Shown here: positions 63,370 through 64,000 of the stretch, one piece after another
Layout: each line of letters opens with the position of its first letter
Position numbering within the stretch: the first letter of the stretch is position 1
From: Vulcanimicrobiaceae bacterium
GTDB taxonomy: Bacteria; Methylomirabilota; Methylomirabilia; Methylomirabilales; 2-02-FULL-66-22
Direction: 5' to 3'
Length of the DNA: 64,000 bases
NCBI GenBank assembly: GCA_035505475.1
Contig: DATJQT010000246.1
Span: 1,632-65,631 of the forward strand
Position numbers and translations under genes: made by a program
Notes under the pieces: generated by a model
The model's database searches: none
What the model was told of the DNA's origin: nothing
What the model saw: the letters and a program-made list of their open reading frames with translations, nothing else

Positions 63370-63400
63370 AACCGGGGAGGCGTTGACTCTCTCCCCGGTT
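63370..63400 (-). terminator. hairpin terminator candidate after lpxC
   Basis: - strand: AACCGGGGAG (63400-63391), an 11-nt loop, CUCCCCGGUU (63379-63370), then UCUCUUGCCUU (a weak U-tract). Confidence 0.45.
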
Positions 63401-63434
63401 GAGGTCGGTACGAGCCGGACTACGAGGCCGCTAA

Positions 63435-64000
63435 TTACAGCCCTTGCGCGGCCGGCAACAAGGGCGAAACCCATTGCTCAACGGCCGAGGCCGAAAGGCT
63501 GAACGGTTCAGGGGCCGCGGCGCCAAGCTGCTCCTGAATCCGCCTGACGAGCTGCACATGCATCTGATGGCCGGCGCCATGGGCGATGATCGTGCCCACC
63601 AGAGGCTTCCCGAGCAGGAACAGGTCGCCGATCAGATCAAGGATCTTGTGGCGCACCAACTCGTCCGAAAAGCGCAGCGGGCCGTTCAGGATGCCGTCAT
63701 CGGTCACGATGATGGCATTTTCGAGCGAGCCACCCTTGGCTAACCCCATGCGGCGGAGCATCTCCACGTCCCGCAGGAACCCGTACGTGCGGCACGGGGC
63801 CACGTCGCGAATGTACCGCTCGCGGACGACGTCCATGGCGGAAGTCTGTTCGCCTAGGATTGGGTGGTCGAAGCACATCGTGTAAATGACTTTCAGGCGA
63901 TCGGAGGGCACGATCCTGAGACTCCGCTTGCCCGCCTCGACGGTGATCGCTTGCCGGATTTTCAGGAACGTCTTCGGCGCAAACTGGCGACGCAGTCCTG
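63435..64000 (-). CDS. lpxC: UDP-3-O-acyl-N-acetylglucosamine deacetylase (5' end outside the window)
   Basis: ARTYGFLRDVEMLRRMGLAKGGSLENAIIV, FSDELVRHKILDLIGDLFLLG, AHGAGHQMH. My translation shows the frame stays open from 63911 to the window edge (..FLKIRQAITVEAGKRSLRIVPSDR..). Confidence 0.9.
   Translation of the reverse strand, partial: GLRRQFAPKTFLKIRQAITVEAGKRSLRIVPSDRLKVIYTMCFDHPILGEQTSAMDVVRERYIRDVAPCRTYGFLRDVEMLRRMGLAKGGSLENAIIVTDDGILNGPLRFSDELVRHKILDLIGDLFLLGKPLVGTIIAHGAGHQMHVQLVRRIQEQLGAAAPEPFSLSASAVEQWVSPLLPAAQGL

Overview
High-GC, GC3-rich bacterial chromosomal segment with about 58 protein genes. They are tightly packed, with many ATGA/GTGA start-stop overlaps, and almost all lie on the - strand. 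The content is overwhelmingly core housekeeping. In window order it holds: the 5' part of the dcw division/cell-wall cluster (mraZ, rsmH, ftsL, ftsI, murE); panC, a deoxynucleoside kinase and folK-folB; a lysine/DAP block (dapL-like, dapB, dapA, lysA); a short +-strand islet (amidohydrolase plus class-III aminotransferase); an arginine block (argH, an SDR, argF, argD, argB); the array dprA-topA-trmFO-xerC-hslV-hslU; envelope genes (LysM protein, PBP5-type carboxypeptidase, gmhA-like); recJ; secDF; a polyamine block (PLP decarboxylase, speE, speH); a VOC protein, yjbQ and queG; a family-5 ABC importer (SBP plus two permeases, no ATPase) convergent with a ggt-family gene; a mutM / radical-SAM / polX trio; a CDF transporter; a HAD hydrolase; an NtrY/NtrX-like sigma54 two-component pair; and the 3' part of lpxC, which implies a diderm. 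I saw no rRNA, tRNA, CRISPR array, transposase, phage or recognisable defence genes. All calls rest on motifs read from the translations and on manual inspection of intergenic DNA; no homology search was possible. I found no compelling self-contained novel system. The best leads are: (1) an atypical dcw cluster, with a STAS gene between mraZ and rsmH and an alpha/beta hydrolase plus a membrane-anchored MurF-like ligase after murE; (2) a co-directional mutM / PflX-like radical SAM / polX trio; (3) a REC-GAF protein in the position CodY occupies after hslVU in Bacillus; (4) an LptM-like lipoprotein anchor fused to three FN3 domains and coupled to argH; (5) a roughly 3.9-kb islet splitting the arg and lys blocks; (6) unusual short-repeat elements in two operon spacers.
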